Source: a bacterium (GTDB lineage Bacteria > Electryoneota > Electryoneia > Electryoneales > Electryoneaceae). From it: a stretch of 52,068 bases of DNA. The translations under genes and the position numbers were made by a program. A model generated the notes under the pieces. That model was given only the letters and a program-made list of their open reading frames with translations. It was not told where the DNA came from and did not search any database. This document shows, piece by piece, positions 20,931 through 31,707 of this stretch (within the stretch, counting starts at the first letter, position 1; the number at the start of each line of letters is the position of its first letter). The stretch is taken from NCBI GenBank assembly GCA_043801585.1, contig JAZDLX010000074.1, positions 1 to 52,068 of the forward strand, given 5' to 3'.

Positions 20931-21203
20931 CGCCCATCTCCTTACGAAATCTCCAGCCTCTCGAAGCTGGATCATGGTCATCCGAACATCCGACAGGATC
21001 GACACGGGTCATCCGTGGGCTGACAGTGTACGCACCGTCAGGAAACTCTGGCAAGATGGCTCTCGCAGCATTTCTATGTGGTAAAAAACACAAGGGTTGC
21101 TCTCGATGTGCTCCTTTTTAAGACGACACTTTCATTTCATCCCTTTTGTCCTTCTTACATTTCCCTTCCAATTTACGTACATCCTCCGAGCAGGAACGCT
21201 GCG

Positions 21204-22271
21204 ATGCAACAGGTATCGATCAAGGAAATCAAACCCGGCGCGATTCTGGCGACCAATATCAACGCCAGGGGAAAAGTGCTGTACCGTCGGGGGCACAAGC
21301 TTCTGAAACGGGATATCGACTTCCTCCGGCAGATTGGACTCCGCTCTCTTCCAGTCAGCGACAAGGACGGCGGTACGCACACTACCGGCACGATCGGCGA
21401 AGAAACGCGTGAAGAAGCCGTCAGCGTCGTCACCGACGTTCTCAACGATTTCGAGAACCTGACACCCAAGAAATTCGAAAAGGTCCGTTACATCGCAGAA
21501 AAGATTGTGGACGATATTCTCTCGATGAAGGATCTGAAGATCCAGGCACACGACCTGCGATCCCACGACGAATACACCTATCGCCACTCGGTAAACGTCA
21601 CCGCACTCTCAGTGTCCATCGCGAAACTGCTGAACTGGGACGCACGCGACCTGCGTTCCCTCGCCGCCGGTGCGTTGATGCACGACATCGGCAAGATGAA
21701 ACTGCCGCACGATGTGCTGCGCAAGGAGGGCCGTCTTGACCGGGAAGAACGCCTTATGGTCGAACGGCATCCGGCGTGGGGATTTCAACTACTTTCAGAG
21801 AAAAGCTGCGGCACACCTCATGAATGGGCTGTCGCCCGCCAGCATCACGAGACCCTTGACGGTCGTGGTTATCCGGACGGAAGGATGGATTCGGATATGC
21901 ACCCCTGGGCGAAGATTGTCGCCGTCGCCGACATCTGGGATGCGCTCCGCTCCAACCGCCCCTACAAGAAGGGATGGCCCGCGGACAAGGTGCTCTCCCT
22001 GCTTAACAGCGAAGAGATGAAGACCAAGCTCGACCTCCGTTCGCTGGAAGTGTTCAACCAGATCGCCGTGCCCTACCCGCTGGGCACCCAGGTCAGGTTG
22101 ACGAACAATGAAGTCGCCGTGGTCATTGAACAGAACTTCTCCACCCCCCTGCTGCCGACGGTACGAATTATCAAGGATGCCTCGGGGAATGACGTTGGCG
22201 GCAGCGGGGATCTGTACGTTCTGCAGAAAGAATACGCGATCTCTATCAGCGAAACCCTCGTCGCCGGATAG
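21204..22271 (+). CDS. HD-GYP domain cyclic-dinucleotide phosphodiesterase
   Basis: DEYTYRHSVNV, HDIGK, HHETLDGRGYP, VADIWDAL...RPYK. Confidence 0.9.
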   Translation: MQQVSIKEIKPGAILATNINARGKVLYRRGHKLLKRDIDFLRQIGLRSLPVSDKDGGTHTTGTIGEETREEAVSVVTDVLNDFENLTPKKFEKVRYIAEKIVDDILSMKDLKIQAHDLRSHDEYTYRHSVNVTALSVSIAKLLNWDARDLRSLAAGALMHDIGKMKLPHDVLRKEGRLDREERLMVERHPAWGFQLLSEKSCGTPHEWAVARQHHETLDGRGYPDGRMDSDMHPWAKIVAVADIWDALRSNRPYKKGWPADKVLSLLNSEEMKTKLDLRSLEVFNQIAVPYPLGTQVRLTNNEVAVVIEQNFSTPLLPTVRIIKDASGNDVGGSGDLYVLQKEYAISISETLVAG

Positions 22272-22441
22272 CCGCTGTCTTTTCGCCAGATACCTCTGGA
22301 TGGTTCCCGGACGCGTTTTCGTGCCTCTATGCCATGGACAGCGCATCGGTCTCGAATTGTCTGCTGTTTTTCACCGTTTGCCGTTGACGGCCTTGGACAC
22401 CGCCGCTACCTTACGCCCGGTTTATCCAGATGGAGACCTGA

Positions 22442-23848
22442 TTGGCTCAACCACCCGCCGGCTACCTCCTGCTCGAGGACGGCGCCCGTTTTGACGGCGA
22501 GGCGCTGCACGGGGAGGCTCCTTCCCTCGGCGAAGCGGTATTCAACACCTCGCACACCGGTTACCAGGAAATCCTCACCGATCCGAGCTACCACCGCCAG
22601 ATCATAACCTTCACCGCACCGCACATCGGCAACGTGGGAATCAACGCGCAGGATGTGGAATCGGAGAAGGTGCACGCTGCGGGGGCGGTCGTCCGTTCCC
22701 TGGCACCACGGCCGAGCAACTGGCGGTCGGAGGGCGGTCTCGCCGACTGGCTCTCCGCCCACGGCCGCTGCCTGCTCTCGGGTGCGGAGACACGGGCGAT
22801 AACACTCCACCTGCGCGAACACGGCTCCCAGCGCGCTGGAATCTTTCCGTCGTCCACACCCGTTGATGAGGCTCTCGAACAGGTCAAGGGTTTGCCCGAG
22901 ATGGCAGGGACCGATCTCGCGCGGGAGGTCACGACGGAATCCGCATGGACTTATAACGGAGCGGACCTCGACGAACGGTGGCACCCGAAGCTGAAACTCG
23001 GTGAGGGGCTGCGCATTGCGGTAGTCGATTTCGGGGTGAAACGAAACATTCTCCGCGAACTCGCACGGCGCAGGGCGACGGTCGAGATTCTTCCCGCGAT
23101 GACCTCGGCGGAGGATATCCTGAAAAGAGGTTGCCACGGCGTGCTGCTTTCCAACGGTCCGGGAGATCCGGCGGCGGTGACCTATGGCATCGAGACAACG
23201 CGGGCGCTGCTCGGCAAACTGCCGCTGTTCGGCATCTGCCTCGGGCACCAGATCCTCTCCCTCGCGGCGGGACTCGATACCTTCAAGCTCCGTTTCGGGC
23301 ACCGTGGAGCGAACCACCCGGTGCGGCGGGAGGAAGACAAAACGGTCGAGATCACCAGCCAAAATCACGGGTTTGCGGTAGTAGCGGAAACCCGGCTGAC
23401 GGAACAACTGGGCCACACGTCAGAAACCCGGCTGACGGGACAGCCGGGCCACATGGAAAAGTTGTCATTGCGAGGAACCGCAGCACCGAAGGTACAAGCT
23501 CGCATGTCCGAAGGACGTGCAATCCGTCAGCCGACGGATGACGAAGCAATCTCGAACCGACTGGCCAGTCTTCGCGATGCTACGACTTGGCAAGCGGGGA
23601 ACAAGGACAGCGAGATTGCTTCGTCGTCCGCCAGCTGGCGGACTCCTCGCAATGACACATTCGAGACAAACACCGGGCTGTGGGTGATCACGCACATCAA
23701 CCTCAACGACGGAACAGTTGAGGGTCTGGCGCACAGGGAGCTGCCCGCCTTTTCGATCCAGTACCACCCCGAGGCGAGCCCCGGCCCGCATGAGGGGTGG
23801 GTCTATTTCGACAGGTTCATGGAGATGTGCAGGAGGCAGTCATCCTGA
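22442..23848 (+). CDS. carA: Carbamoyl-phosphate synthase small subunit with in-frame repeat-derived insertion
   Basis: GEAVFNT..TGYQE.LTDPSY, SNGPGDP, GICLGHQ, TSQNHGF, QYHPEASPGPH; about 100 residues between NHGFAV and VITHINLND instead of roughly 10. Confidence 0.93.
   Translation: MAQPPAGYLLLEDGARFDGEALHGEAPSLGEAVFNTSHTGYQEILTDPSYHRQIITFTAPHIGNVGINAQDVESEKVHAAGAVVRSLAPRPSNWRSEGGLADWLSAHGRCLLSGAETRAITLHLREHGSQRAGIFPSSTPVDEALEQVKGLPEMAGTDLAREVTTESAWTYNGADLDERWHPKLKLGEGLRIAVVDFGVKRNILRELARRRATVEILPAMTSAEDILKRGCHGVLLSNGPGDPAAVTYGIETTRALLGKLPLFGICLGHQILSLAAGLDTFKLRFGHRGANHPVRREEDKTVEITSQNHGFAVVAETRLTEQLGHTSETRLTGQPGHMEKLSLRGTAAPKVQARMSEGRAIRQPTDDEAISNRLASLRDATTWQAGNKDSEIASSSASWRTPRNDTFETNTGLWVITHINLNDGTVEGLAHRELPAFSIQYHPEASPGPHEGWVYFDRFMEMCRRQSS
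23387..23452 (+). repeat. Two tandem GAAACCCGG-hairpin-GGGCCAC repeats (36-nt period) inside carA
   Basis: gaaacccggctgacggaacaactgggccac (23387) and gaaacccggctgacgggacagccgggccac (23423); encode ETRLTEQLGHTS-ETRLTGQPGH. Confidence 0.85.
23463..23657. repeat. 195-bp nested palindromic element (GTCAT..ATGAC type) inside carA
   Basis: Terminal IR tgtcattgcgagga (23463-76) / tcctcgcaatgaca (23644-57); inner IR gacgaagcaatctcg (23540-54) / cgagattgcttcgtc (23611-25); two short side hairpins. Confidence 0.9.
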
Positions 23849-24515
23849 ATCCGCCACTCGGCGGATGAAGGATCTATGAGTTTGTTTCTTGAAAAAATAC
23901 AACATCAACTCAAAGATCCTTCTGGCTGCGCCGTCAGGATGACTGAAAGGGAAAGTAAAGTTGGGTGACTTTGGTCTGTGCATTGGTAAATTATGAAACC
24001 CGGGACTAAAGTCCCGGGCCACCCTGACAGGATCGGACCACCCGAGTGAGGACGAATTAGAATAAACCCTGTTTGCGAGCAAACAGGGGCACATAGCCGT
24101 CAGGATGACGGGGGGGACTTTAAGGTGAAACCCGGTCCCGAACGGTCGGGATCAAACCAAATGACGATTTTGTAGTCATCCTGAACAAAGTGAAGGATCT
24201 ATGAGTTTGTCTGAGTTCTGGGAAAACTTCAACTCAAAGATCCTTCCTGCTGCGCCGTCAGGATGACTAAAGGGTCAAAGGCATATGAAACCCGGGACTA
24301 AAGTCCCGGGCCACCCTGACAGGATCGGACCACCCGAGTGAGGACGAATTAGAATAAACCCTGTTTGCGAGCAAACAGGGGCACATAGCCGTCAGGATGA
24401 CGGGGGGCGGGGCGGCATCAAGAGAGAAAGCGTATGGGAGAAGTAGGGGTTGAGTTGGATGGTGAGACCCGACTTGACGAGCAAGTCGGGCCACCCTGCC
24501 AGGATCGGGCCACCC
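23838..24515. repeat. Mosaic palindromic repeat cluster between carA and carB
   Basis: Two AGTCATCCTGA..TCAGGATGACT elements (23838-23944, 24174-24268); 124-bp direct repeat (23992-24115 = 24284-24407); several AAACCC-hairpin-GGGCCAC units. Confidence 0.9.
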
Positions 24516-24532
24516 AGTCAAAATGGTGAAGA

Positions 24533-27500
24533 ATGCCACGTCGTGACGACATACAAAGCGTGATGGTGCTCGGGTCGGGCCCGATTGTGATCGGGCAGGC
24601 CTGCGAGTTCGACTACTCCGGGACGCAGGCGGTGCGGGCGCTGCGCGAGGAAGGCATTCGTGTCATCCTCGTCAACAGCAATCCGGCGACGATCATGACC
24701 GATCCCAGCCTCGCCGACGCCACCTACATCGAGGCGCTCGAAGCGGACATGGTCGAGCGGATCATCGCCCGGGAACAGCCTGACGCCATCCTGCCAACGA
24801 TGGGCGGCCAGACCGCGCTGAACCTCGCCCTTAAACTCCACGAACAGGGCGTCCTCGACAAATACGGCGTTCGTCTGATCGGGGCATCCGTGGAGGCCAT
24901 CGAACTCGCTGAGGACCGCGAGAAATTCCACGACGCGATGTTGCGGATCGGGCTCGAGGTGCCTCGGGGAGGATTCGCGAGAACGCTCGAAGAGGCGCTC
25001 GCGGTCGTCGAAATGACCGGCTTTCCCGCGATCATCCGGCCCTCCTTCACACTCGGCGGAGTCGGCGGATCGGTCGTCTACAACCATGAGGAGTTCGAGG
25101 AGCGGGCACGCTGGGGCCTTTCGCGCAGCCCGGTCTCCGAAATTCTGATCGAAGAGGCGCTGACCGGCTGGAAGGAATTCGAGCTCGAGGTGATGCGTGA
25201 CGCCGCCGACCAGGTAGTGATTGTCTGCTCCATCGAGAACATGGACCCGCTCGGTGTGCACACCGGCGACAGCATCACCGTCGCCCCGCAGCAAACCCTG
25301 ACCGACAAGGAATACCAGGTGATGCGTGACGCCGCCTTCGCGGTGATCCGCGAGGTGGGCGTCGAGACCGGTGGCAGCAATATCCAGTTCGGAGTCCATC
25401 CCGGAACGGGGCGGATGGTGATCATCGAAATGAATCCGCGTGTCTCCCGCTCCTCCGCACTCGCCTCCAAGGCCACCGGTTTCCCCATCGCACGGATCGC
25501 GGCGAAGCTCGCCATCGGCTACCGTCTCGACGAGATCGACAACGCCATCACCAAGGTGACTCCCGCCTGTTTCGAGCCGGCGCTGGACTACGTTGTCGTC
25601 AAGATCCCACGGTGGGCCTTCGAAAAATTCCCGACCGTGAACCAGACCCTCGGCAGCCAGATGAAATCGGTCGGCGAGGTGATGGCGATCGGTCGAACCT
25701 TCCCCGAAGCGTTGCAGAAGGCGCTCCGCTCTCTTGAGCAGGACCGTCATGGCCTCGGCGCAGACGGACGGGATGTGATCGCCAGCGACAACGTCGAACC
25801 GCATCTTCTCTCGCAATGGCGAGAAATGGTCCGTGCCAAACTGGCGACCCCCCGAGCCGAAAACATCTTTTACCTGCGCCATGCGCTGAAACTCGGTTTG
25901 CCCGTCGAGGAAATCGCGAAGACAACCGGTATCGACCCGTGGTTCCTCGATCAGATCGCGCGGATCGTCGAAACAGAGAAGCGGATATCCGCCGCCGCAC
26001 CCCGAGGCCACGGCGATTTGACCACCTTGCGCAAGAGTGTCTCCGTCGACCTTCTCCGCCGGGCGAAACGGGACGGTTTTTCCGACGAACAGCTTGCCCA
26101 CCTGCTTCACACCGACAGCGATGCGATCCGTCAACTGCGCCAGGTGCACGAGATTCAACCGGTTCACCTGCCGGTGGACACCTGCGCGGCGGAGTTCGAG
26201 GCGTACACGCCCTATTACTACTCCTCCTACGAGACAGGAGCGGGCGAGGTCCGGCGCGAAGAGAAGAAACCGAGCGTAATCGTCCTCGGCTCCGGACCCA
26301 ACCGTATCGGTCAGGGAATCGAATTCGATTACTGCTGCGTGCACTCCAGCCGCACACTGATCGACGAGGGATACGACGGGGTAATGGTCAACTGCAACCC
26401 GGAGACGGTTTCGACGGACTACGACATCTCCAGCCGCCTCTATTTCGAACCGATCACCCTCGAGGATGTCCTGGCAATCTGCGAGGTGGAAAAACCGGAC
26501 GGAGTGATCGTGCAGTTCGGGGGACAGACCCCGTTGAAAATCGCCGAATCGTTGCAGGAGCACGGCATCACCATTCTGGGAACGCCCCCCTCGAGCATCG
26601 CGGACGCGGAGGACCGCGAAAAATTCGGCGCACTGCTTCGCCGGCTTGGCATCCCCCATCCTGCGTATGGCATCGCAAAACACTTCACCGAAGCTCACGA
26701 CATTGCCCTCAGCGTCGGTTACCCCGTGCTCGTTCGTCCAAGCTTCGTTCTCGGCGGACGTGCGATGGAAATCGTTTACGACAACGATGCGCTGGAGCAC
26801 TACCTGCGTGAGTCGGCGGGCGAGGTTACCCCGGACCATCCAGTACTGATCGACCGTTACCTCGAGGATGCTTTCGAGTTCGACGTGGACGCCGTATCTG
26901 ACGGCAGGGAAACGCTGATCTGCGGTATCATGCAGCACATCGAGGAGGCCGGGATTCACAGCGGCGACTCCGCCTGCGTGCTTCCCCCCTTCGTCCTCTC
27001 GCCGCAACAGCGCGACGAGATGGTGGCGATCACCCGGAAGCTTTCACGTGCATTGAACGTCGTCGGACTAATGAACATTCAGTTCGCCTTCCGTGACGGA
27101 GAGCTGTTCGTCCTCGAGGTGAACCCCCGGGCGAGCCGGACGATTCCCTTTGTCAGCAAAGCCACGGGTGTCAACTGGGCGGAGGTGGCAACACGGTGCA
27201 TTGTCGGGAGAAGCCTCGCCGAGCAGAAGATGCGAGAAAACCTCGATCCCGGTCGATACGCGGTCAAGGAGGTGGTATTCCCCTTCAACCGCTTCGAGGG
27301 GGTGCGGGTCTTTCTGGGGCCGGAGATGCGTTCGACGGGCGAGGTGATGGGAATCGCGTCGACCTTCAGCGAAGCCTACTCAAAAGCGTTGTACGCGGCG
27401 GGCACCTACCTCCCGGAACCGGGAACGGGAAAGGTCTTCCTCTCGGTCAACGACCGTGACAAGCCACGTGTCCTCGAGATCGCCCGCCGTCTTCATGAAA

Positions 27501-27817
27501 TGGGTTTCGCCATCGTCGCCACCCGTGGCACGGCGTCCTACCTCGAGGAGAATGAGATTCCGGCAGGACACCTGTTCAAAGTTCACGAGGGGAGACCGAC
27601 GGTTGTTGACCTGATGAAGAACGGCGAGATCAGCCTGTTGATCAACACGCCTCTTGGCAAAGAGTCCCATTACGACGAGCGGATCGTCGGGGAGACGGCG
27701 TATCGAATGGGGATTCCCCTGATCACTACCCTGTCAGCGGCAAACGCTGCGCTGGGGGCGATTGAAGCGATCGGGAAACGTCCTCTTCAGCCGATCCGTC
27801 TGCAAAGCATGGACTGA
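24533..27817 (+). CDS. carB: Carbamoyl-phosphate synthase large subunit
   Basis: [17 protein letters not shown], two ATP-grasp halves ([19 protein letters not shown]), C-terminal MGS-like domain; 1094 aa. Confidence 0.98.
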   Translation: MPRRDDIQSVMVLGSGPIVIGQACEFDYSGTQAVRALREEGIRVILVNSNPATIMTDPSLADATYIEALEADMVERIIAREQPDAILPTMGGQTALNLALKLHEQGVLDKYGVRLIGASVEAIELAEDREKFHDAMLRIGLEVPRGGFARTLEEALAVVEMTGFPAIIRPSFTLGGVGGSVVYNHEEFEERARWGLSRSPVSEILIEEALTGWKEFELEVMRDAADQVVIVCSIENMDPLGVHTGDSITVAPQQTLTDKEYQVMRDAAFAVIREVGVETGGSNIQFGVHPGTGRMVIIEMNPRVSRSSALASKATGFPIARIAAKLAIGYRLDEIDNAITKVTPACFEPALDYVVVKIPRWAFEKFPTVNQTLGSQMKSVGEVMAIGRTFPEALQKALRSLEQDRHGLGADGRDVIASDNVEPHLLSQWREMVRAKLATPRAENIFYLRHALKLGLPVEEIAKTTGIDPWFLDQIARIVETEKRISAAAPRGHGDLTTLRKSVSVDLLRRAKRDGFSDEQLAHLLHTDSDAIRQLRQVHEIQPVHLPVDTCAAEFEAYTPYYYSSYETGAGEVRREEKKPSVIVLGSGPNRIGQGIEFDYCCVHSSRTLIDEGYDGVMVNCNPETVSTDYDISSRLYFEPITLEDVLAICEVEKPDGVIVQFGGQTPLKIAESLQEHGITILGTPPSSIADAEDREKFGALLRRLGIPHPAYGIAKHFTEAHDIALSVGYPVLVRPSFVLGGRAMEIVYDNDALEHYLRESAGEVTPDHPVLIDRYLEDAFEFDVDAVSDGRETLICGIMQHIEEAGIHSGDSACVLPPFVLSPQQRDEMVAITRKLSRALNVVGLMNIQFAFRDGELFVLEVNPRASRTIPFVSKATGVNWAEVATRCIVGRSLAEQKMRENLDPGRYAVKEVVFPFNRFEGVRVFLGPEMRSTGEVMGIASTFSEAYSKALYAAGTYLPEPGTGKVFLSVNDRDKPRVLEIARRLHEMGFAIVATRGTASYLEENEIPAGHLFKVHEGRPTVVDLMKNGEISLLINTPLGKESHYDERIVGETAYRMGIPLITTLSAANAALGAIEAIGKRPLQPIRLQSMD

Positions 27818-27877
27818 AAGCGAGCCGCGGCGCCGCTCGCTGAAAGGCGCCGTTGAAAACGGTCGAGTTGTGGTGCG

Positions 27878-28093
27878 TTATTCGCCTGGAACTTGATTCG
27901 CCTTTCGTACACCACGAGCAGCCGGTCCCTTGGGGCCGTCTTCAATCTCGAATTCGACCTCATCCCCTTCTTCCAAGTTCCGGAAACCCTGGCTATCGAT
28001 GCTGCTGTAGTGAACAAAGACATCAGGACCGCCATCGGTTTCGATAAATCCGAAACCTTTCTTGGTGTCGAACCACTTCACCTTCCCCTTCAT
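27878..28093 (-). CDS. Cold-shock protein (CspA family)
   Basis: [29 protein letters not shown]. Confidence 0.95.
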   Translation of the reverse strand: MKGKVKWFDTKKGFGFIETDGGPDVFVHYSSIDSQGFRNLEEGDEVEFEIEDGPKGPAARGVRKANQVPGE

Positions 28094-28215
28094 ACGTCAC
28101 TCGTCTTTCTGCTGATGATACCCTGGCGACCGTTCGCATGCGCCGCATTATGTTCGCAATGTACATAGCTGTCCATGTTGCGAAAAGTGAAGGGCTGAAA
28201 TTTGGATGACCGTAC

Positions 28216-28971
28216 TTATGCTCGTGGAGAGTCGGTTGAATTTCGTGATTTTGGGGTTCTGTTAAAATCATGATAAACCTGATCAAAGCTGACGGCGAGA
28301 GACTCCCGCACCCGTTTCCATTGCTCATTCGTCGTTTTCGTGAATCGTTGGTTGATCTCGAGCTCGATGCCCAGGTAGCGCTGCAAACCAAAGATCCGCC
28401 GGAATGCGGTGACGACGCCGTCACCGGTTCCCCGGTAAGGTGCGTTGAATCGTGCGCGCAACTCCGGCGCGACAAGCGCCAGTTCGCGGCGCCACGCTTT
28501 GCAGAAAGCGGCTGAGGCCCCGTCCGCGGGATCGTAGAGAAAACCGACGTCCACCGTCCTACGCACCCCATTCAGAACCGGAGTGAACGTGTGCACGGAA
28601 AGATGGAGCATCCAGCCCCGGCGCTCGATTTCCTCTTCCGCCGCGGCTTGCAACCCAATCCGATAGGGCCTCCAGTGTTCAGAAAGAATCCGCTCCTTTT
28701 CGTTCGCGGCGAGTCCGCGCGTGATCTCCGACCAGATAGCGGGATTGTGCAGGGATCGGTTGGGGTCCGCAAGCAGACGGGTGACCCTGCAGGTGTGCAC
28801 CTCCAGCACTCCGAAGACCCGGGCAAAGGTTTCAGCCGTTTCGAGAGCACCGGGGTCCCATCCGCGGTGGCTCTGCAGCAAACGCTGTTTTCCCCGGAAG
28901 AGGGACACCCATTCCTCGGGCACTTCATTGCCGGCATGTTCACAGCTGATGAGCAGGGATCTATGAACCAT
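28216..28971 (-). CDS. N-formylglutamate amidohydrolase family protein
   Basis: ISCEHAGN, HRGWDPGA, RLLADPNRS, HLSVHTFTP, N.PY.G, GIELEINQ; ATG 28971 overlaps upstream gene end. Confidence 0.88.
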   Translation of the reverse strand: MVHRSLLISCEHAGNEVPEEWVSLFRGKQRLLQSHRGWDPGALETAETFARVFGVLEVHTCRVTRLLADPNRSLHNPAIWSEITRGLAANEKERILSEHWRPYRIGLQAAAEEEIERRGWMLHLSVHTFTPVLNGVRRTVDVGFLYDPADGASAAFCKAWRRELALVAPELRARFNAPYRGTGDGVVTAFRRIFGLQRYLGIELEINQRFTKTTNEQWKRVRESLAVSFDQVYHDFNRTPKSRNSTDSPRA

Positions 28972-30223
28972 CCCGGAAGAGTCCCCCCTCCTGCAGAGCG
29001 TGTGCGATCTTGTGGTAGACTCGCTGCAGTTCAATCTTTCCATCACGAGAGGCGGCGAGTGAGACGCGGCTGGAAAGTGTGCCGGCTTCCCGGTAGAGAT
29101 CGTAAAACTGTTGCCACCCTTCCTGGCGGGCGGTGTCCGGGTCGATCAGTTGCTCCGCGAGGTGAGACCAGAGCTCGCCCGCTCGCGGAATTCTGTCGAC
29201 GTTCCATCCGAGAAGGTTGAGCAACGCCGGTTCCGAGACAGGCGTATTCTCCGCTGTGACTATCGTGCGAAACAGAAGATCCGCAAGTGATTTCGTCTTC
29301 AGGGAACGAAGTGTCTCTATCGACCCCCACCGTTCTTCCGTCAGCGCGCGGACGGTCTCGCTGATCAACGCGGTGAGGGCGATATCCGCGAGGGGACTCT
29401 CCTGGATATCCACGAGTCGAATCTCGATGGCCATACGCTCGAAACGGGCGATCGCACCGTGACTGTTCAGCCACTCCTGCTGCAGGACCCCATCCGGGTC
29501 GAGGGGAGCAATCTCCTCGTACATCGGCCGCAGGACCCGTTCGTGGTATTCCGGAATGGAACCGACATCCTCCGGGATGACATCTCCAATGGCGAGACGT
29601 ACACCCGGTTGATTCTTGCGATAGACCTCGAGACGAGTATCGGCAATGCCGGTCAGCACTCCATCTACGGCTGGGGATGACGCCGCCAACGCAGGGATCA
29701 GAGGCAGCACCGCACGAACCGCCGCGTGGAGACGCATGAATTCATCGTCGCCGTGGAAAGACAGATTGATATGGTTGCTCTGCAGATTGGACCAGCCGTG
29801 TCCCCGGCAACCGAAAATCCTGTCGTAGGCCAGGTAGATATTGTTCTGTTCGTGCGGCCAGAGTATTGTCTGGGTGAGCGGGTCCATCCAGGGGTGCATC
29901 CCTGACGAGAGAAGAGTCGCACTGTGCGCTTCGAGCAGGTCGGTGATTTTATTGACATGTTCCTGAAACGATTTGGCGAGACCGTAAAGACTTGGCGATG
30001 GACCATTGCTCTTGATCTCGATGACATGCATCGCCAGTTCATTCGACCAGGCAACGGGACCCACGGGGGGATTCCATTCGCTCGCTCCCTTTCCCGCGAC
30101 ATGGTCAATCAACTCTTCCGCCAACGGAAAAACGTTCAGCGTCTCACGGTCAACGATCATGTATTCCAGCTCCACCCCGTACCCTTCAAAGAGATGCAGC
30201 GAGGCGGGTACATCATGGCTCAT
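28961..30223 (-). CDS. Glutamate-cysteine ligase family 2 (GCS2) carboxylate-amine ligase
   Basis: GVELEYMIVD, ELAMHVIEI, GMHPW, HINLS, ASSP, AIEIRLVDIQ. Confidence 0.88.
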   Translation of the reverse strand: MSHDVPASLHLFEGYGVELEYMIVDRETLNVFPLAEELIDHVAGKGASEWNPPVGPVAWSNELAMHVIEIKSNGPSPSLYGLAKSFQEHVNKITDLLEAHSATLLSSGMHPWMDPLTQTILWPHEQNNIYLAYDRIFGCRGHGWSNLQSNHINLSFHGDDEFMRLHAAVRAVLPLIPALAASSPAVDGVLTGIADTRLEVYRKNQPGVRLAIGDVIPEDVGSIPEYHERVLRPMYEEIAPLDPDGVLQQEWLNSHGAIARFERMAIEIRLVDIQESPLADIALTALISETVRALTEERWGSIETLRSLKTKSLADLLFRTIVTAENTPVSEPALLNLLGWNVDRIPRAGELWSHLAEQLIDPDTARQEGWQQFYDLYREAGTLSSRVSLAASRDGKIELQRVYHKIAHALQEGGLFRDGS

Positions 30224-31704
30224 GCTTCACCCTTTCCATTGCGTCCTTCACGGCGCGCTTCCATCCGTTTCAGGAAGACTTCCATCACCGCACGGTACAG
30301 GGAGTCGCCAAGCAACTGATCCTCAATACCTCGATCCACGCTGGGGTTGTCGTTCACCTCGATGACGTAGAACTTCTTTGCTGTCTGTTTGACGTCGACG
30401 CCGTAGAAACCGTGCCCGATCAATCCCGACGCCTTCTCCGCCAGTTTCAAAACCTCCAATGGAGTATCGTCCAGCGGAATGCATTCTGATTCGCCGTACA
30501 GATCGTCGAGTTTTTTCGCCCCATAGTTGACGATCTGCCAGTGACCCGCAGCCATGAAATACTTCGCAACATAAATTGCCCGGCCGTCGAGAACACCGAT
30601 GCGCCAGTCGAAATCAGTCGGCAGAAATTCCTGGGCGATCAGCAGGTCGCTTCCCTCGAGAAGCTTCGTCGCCTCCTCGACCAACTCCTCCTGGGAGTCC
30701 GCCTTGATCACCCCAAGGGATGTCGAGCTGTCCGGTTTCTTCAGAATCAGCGGCAACCCAATCGGGATGTAAGAGTTCAAAAGATTTTCCTTGGTGATGA
30801 TTCTCGTTTTCGGCGTGGGGACGTGATTTCGTTCGAGGAGTTCAGCGAGGTAGACCTTGTTCGTACAGCGGAGGATCGAGCTCGGATCGTCGATCACGAC
30901 CAACCCTTCCGCTTCCGCGCGTCGGGCGAAACGATAGGAATAATGGTTGACTGCAGTGGTCACGCGAATAAACAGGCCGTCAAATTCGGAGAGTCGGCCG
31001 TAATCGTCCTTAGTGATCCGTTCGGTGGATATCTGGAGGGCCTGCGCCGCCTTCTCGAACTTTCTGACTGCTTTCTCGTTGCTTGGCTTGGTCGGATCGT
31101 TCTCGTTCCAGAGGATCGCCAGGTCGAATCGGGACATCGAAGGCCGCGCGCGGTGGATCCTTCCCGCGATCCAGGACTCCGCCGCGTCGATGGCGAATGC
31201 ACGGTGCTCCTCAGGAATCGCGGATGCCGCCATCGCCGACAGACCGCGGAGAACCCAGTCCCCTTCGTTGTCGCGAACGAATTTGGCCCGAAGCAACGGT
31301 GCCGGAAACAGCTTGAACAGAGCCAACGCCAGCGCGCCGTGCCGCTGCGCGAGGTTGCGACCGAAATAAACGGACAACTTGAACCGGTCGGACCCGATCC
31401 GCCGCAAACTCCGCTGAATCAACTCTTCCAGTTCATCGGAGGCGAGACGCAGCACCACCGGACTGCGAAGATCCTGCAGGGTCATGACACTCGGCAGGGC
31501 GCGCTGGCCCCTCGCCTCCGCCAGAAGACTGACATAGTAACCGAGGCTCTGATACTTGTACTGGCGGCAGAGATTGACAACACGCAAACGACGGTTTTTA
31601 CTGTAGAGAGGATCGGTCAGATAATCACGGGCAGTGACAACTTTCACCCCGCGAACGTCCAACGGCCAATCCTTGCGATGTGTCACGACGACAAGTGTAT
31701 CCAT
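30220..31704 (-). CDS. RimK-family ATP-grasp ligase with N-terminal RLAN-type extension
   Basis: VVNLCR.Y.YQSLGYYVSLLAEARG (N-terminal), FIRVTT, CTNKVY, ILKKPDSS.SLGV, QEFLPT.FDWRIGV, GVDVK, IEVNDNPS. Confidence 0.9.
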   Translation of the reverse strand: MDTLVVVTHRKDWPLDVRGVKVVTARDYLTDPLYSKNRRLRVVNLCRQYKYQSLGYYVSLLAEARGQRALPSVMTLQDLRSPVVLRLASDELEELIQRSLRRIGSDRFKLSVYFGRNLAQRHGALALALFKLFPAPLLRAKFVRDNEGDWVLRGLSAMAASAIPEEHRAFAIDAAESWIAGRIHRARPSMSRFDLAILWNENDPTKPSNEKAVRKFEKAAQALQISTERITKDDYGRLSEFDGLFIRVTTAVNHYSYRFARRAEAEGLVVIDDPSSILRCTNKVYLAELLERNHVPTPKTRIITKENLLNSYIPIGLPLILKKPDSSTSLGVIKADSQEELVEEATKLLEGSDLLIAQEFLPTDFDWRIGVLDGRAIYVAKYFMAAGHWQIVNYGAKKLDDLYGESECIPLDDTPLEVLKLAEKASGLIGHGFYGVDVKQTAKKFYVIEVNDNPSVDRGIEDQLLGDSLYRAVMEVFLKRMEARREGRNGKGEA

Positions 31705-31707
31705 CGC

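Noticed and set aside
23381..23683. carA insertion as an intein or intron
   Set aside because: No Cys/Ser start or His-Asn end, no endonuclease motif; largely explained by palindromic repeats and stays in frame.
23838..24515. Repeat clusters here and at 49787-50627 as CRISPR arrays
   Set aside because: Units are heterogeneous and irregularly spaced, intervening sequence is duplicated rather than unique, and no cas genes are present.
24518..27007. 829-aa minus-strand ORF, and similar long antisense ORFs (8030-9109, 30541-32124, 38092-39705, 48388-49866)
   Set aside because: Shadows of well-supported genes in GC-rich DNA; no recognisable motifs.
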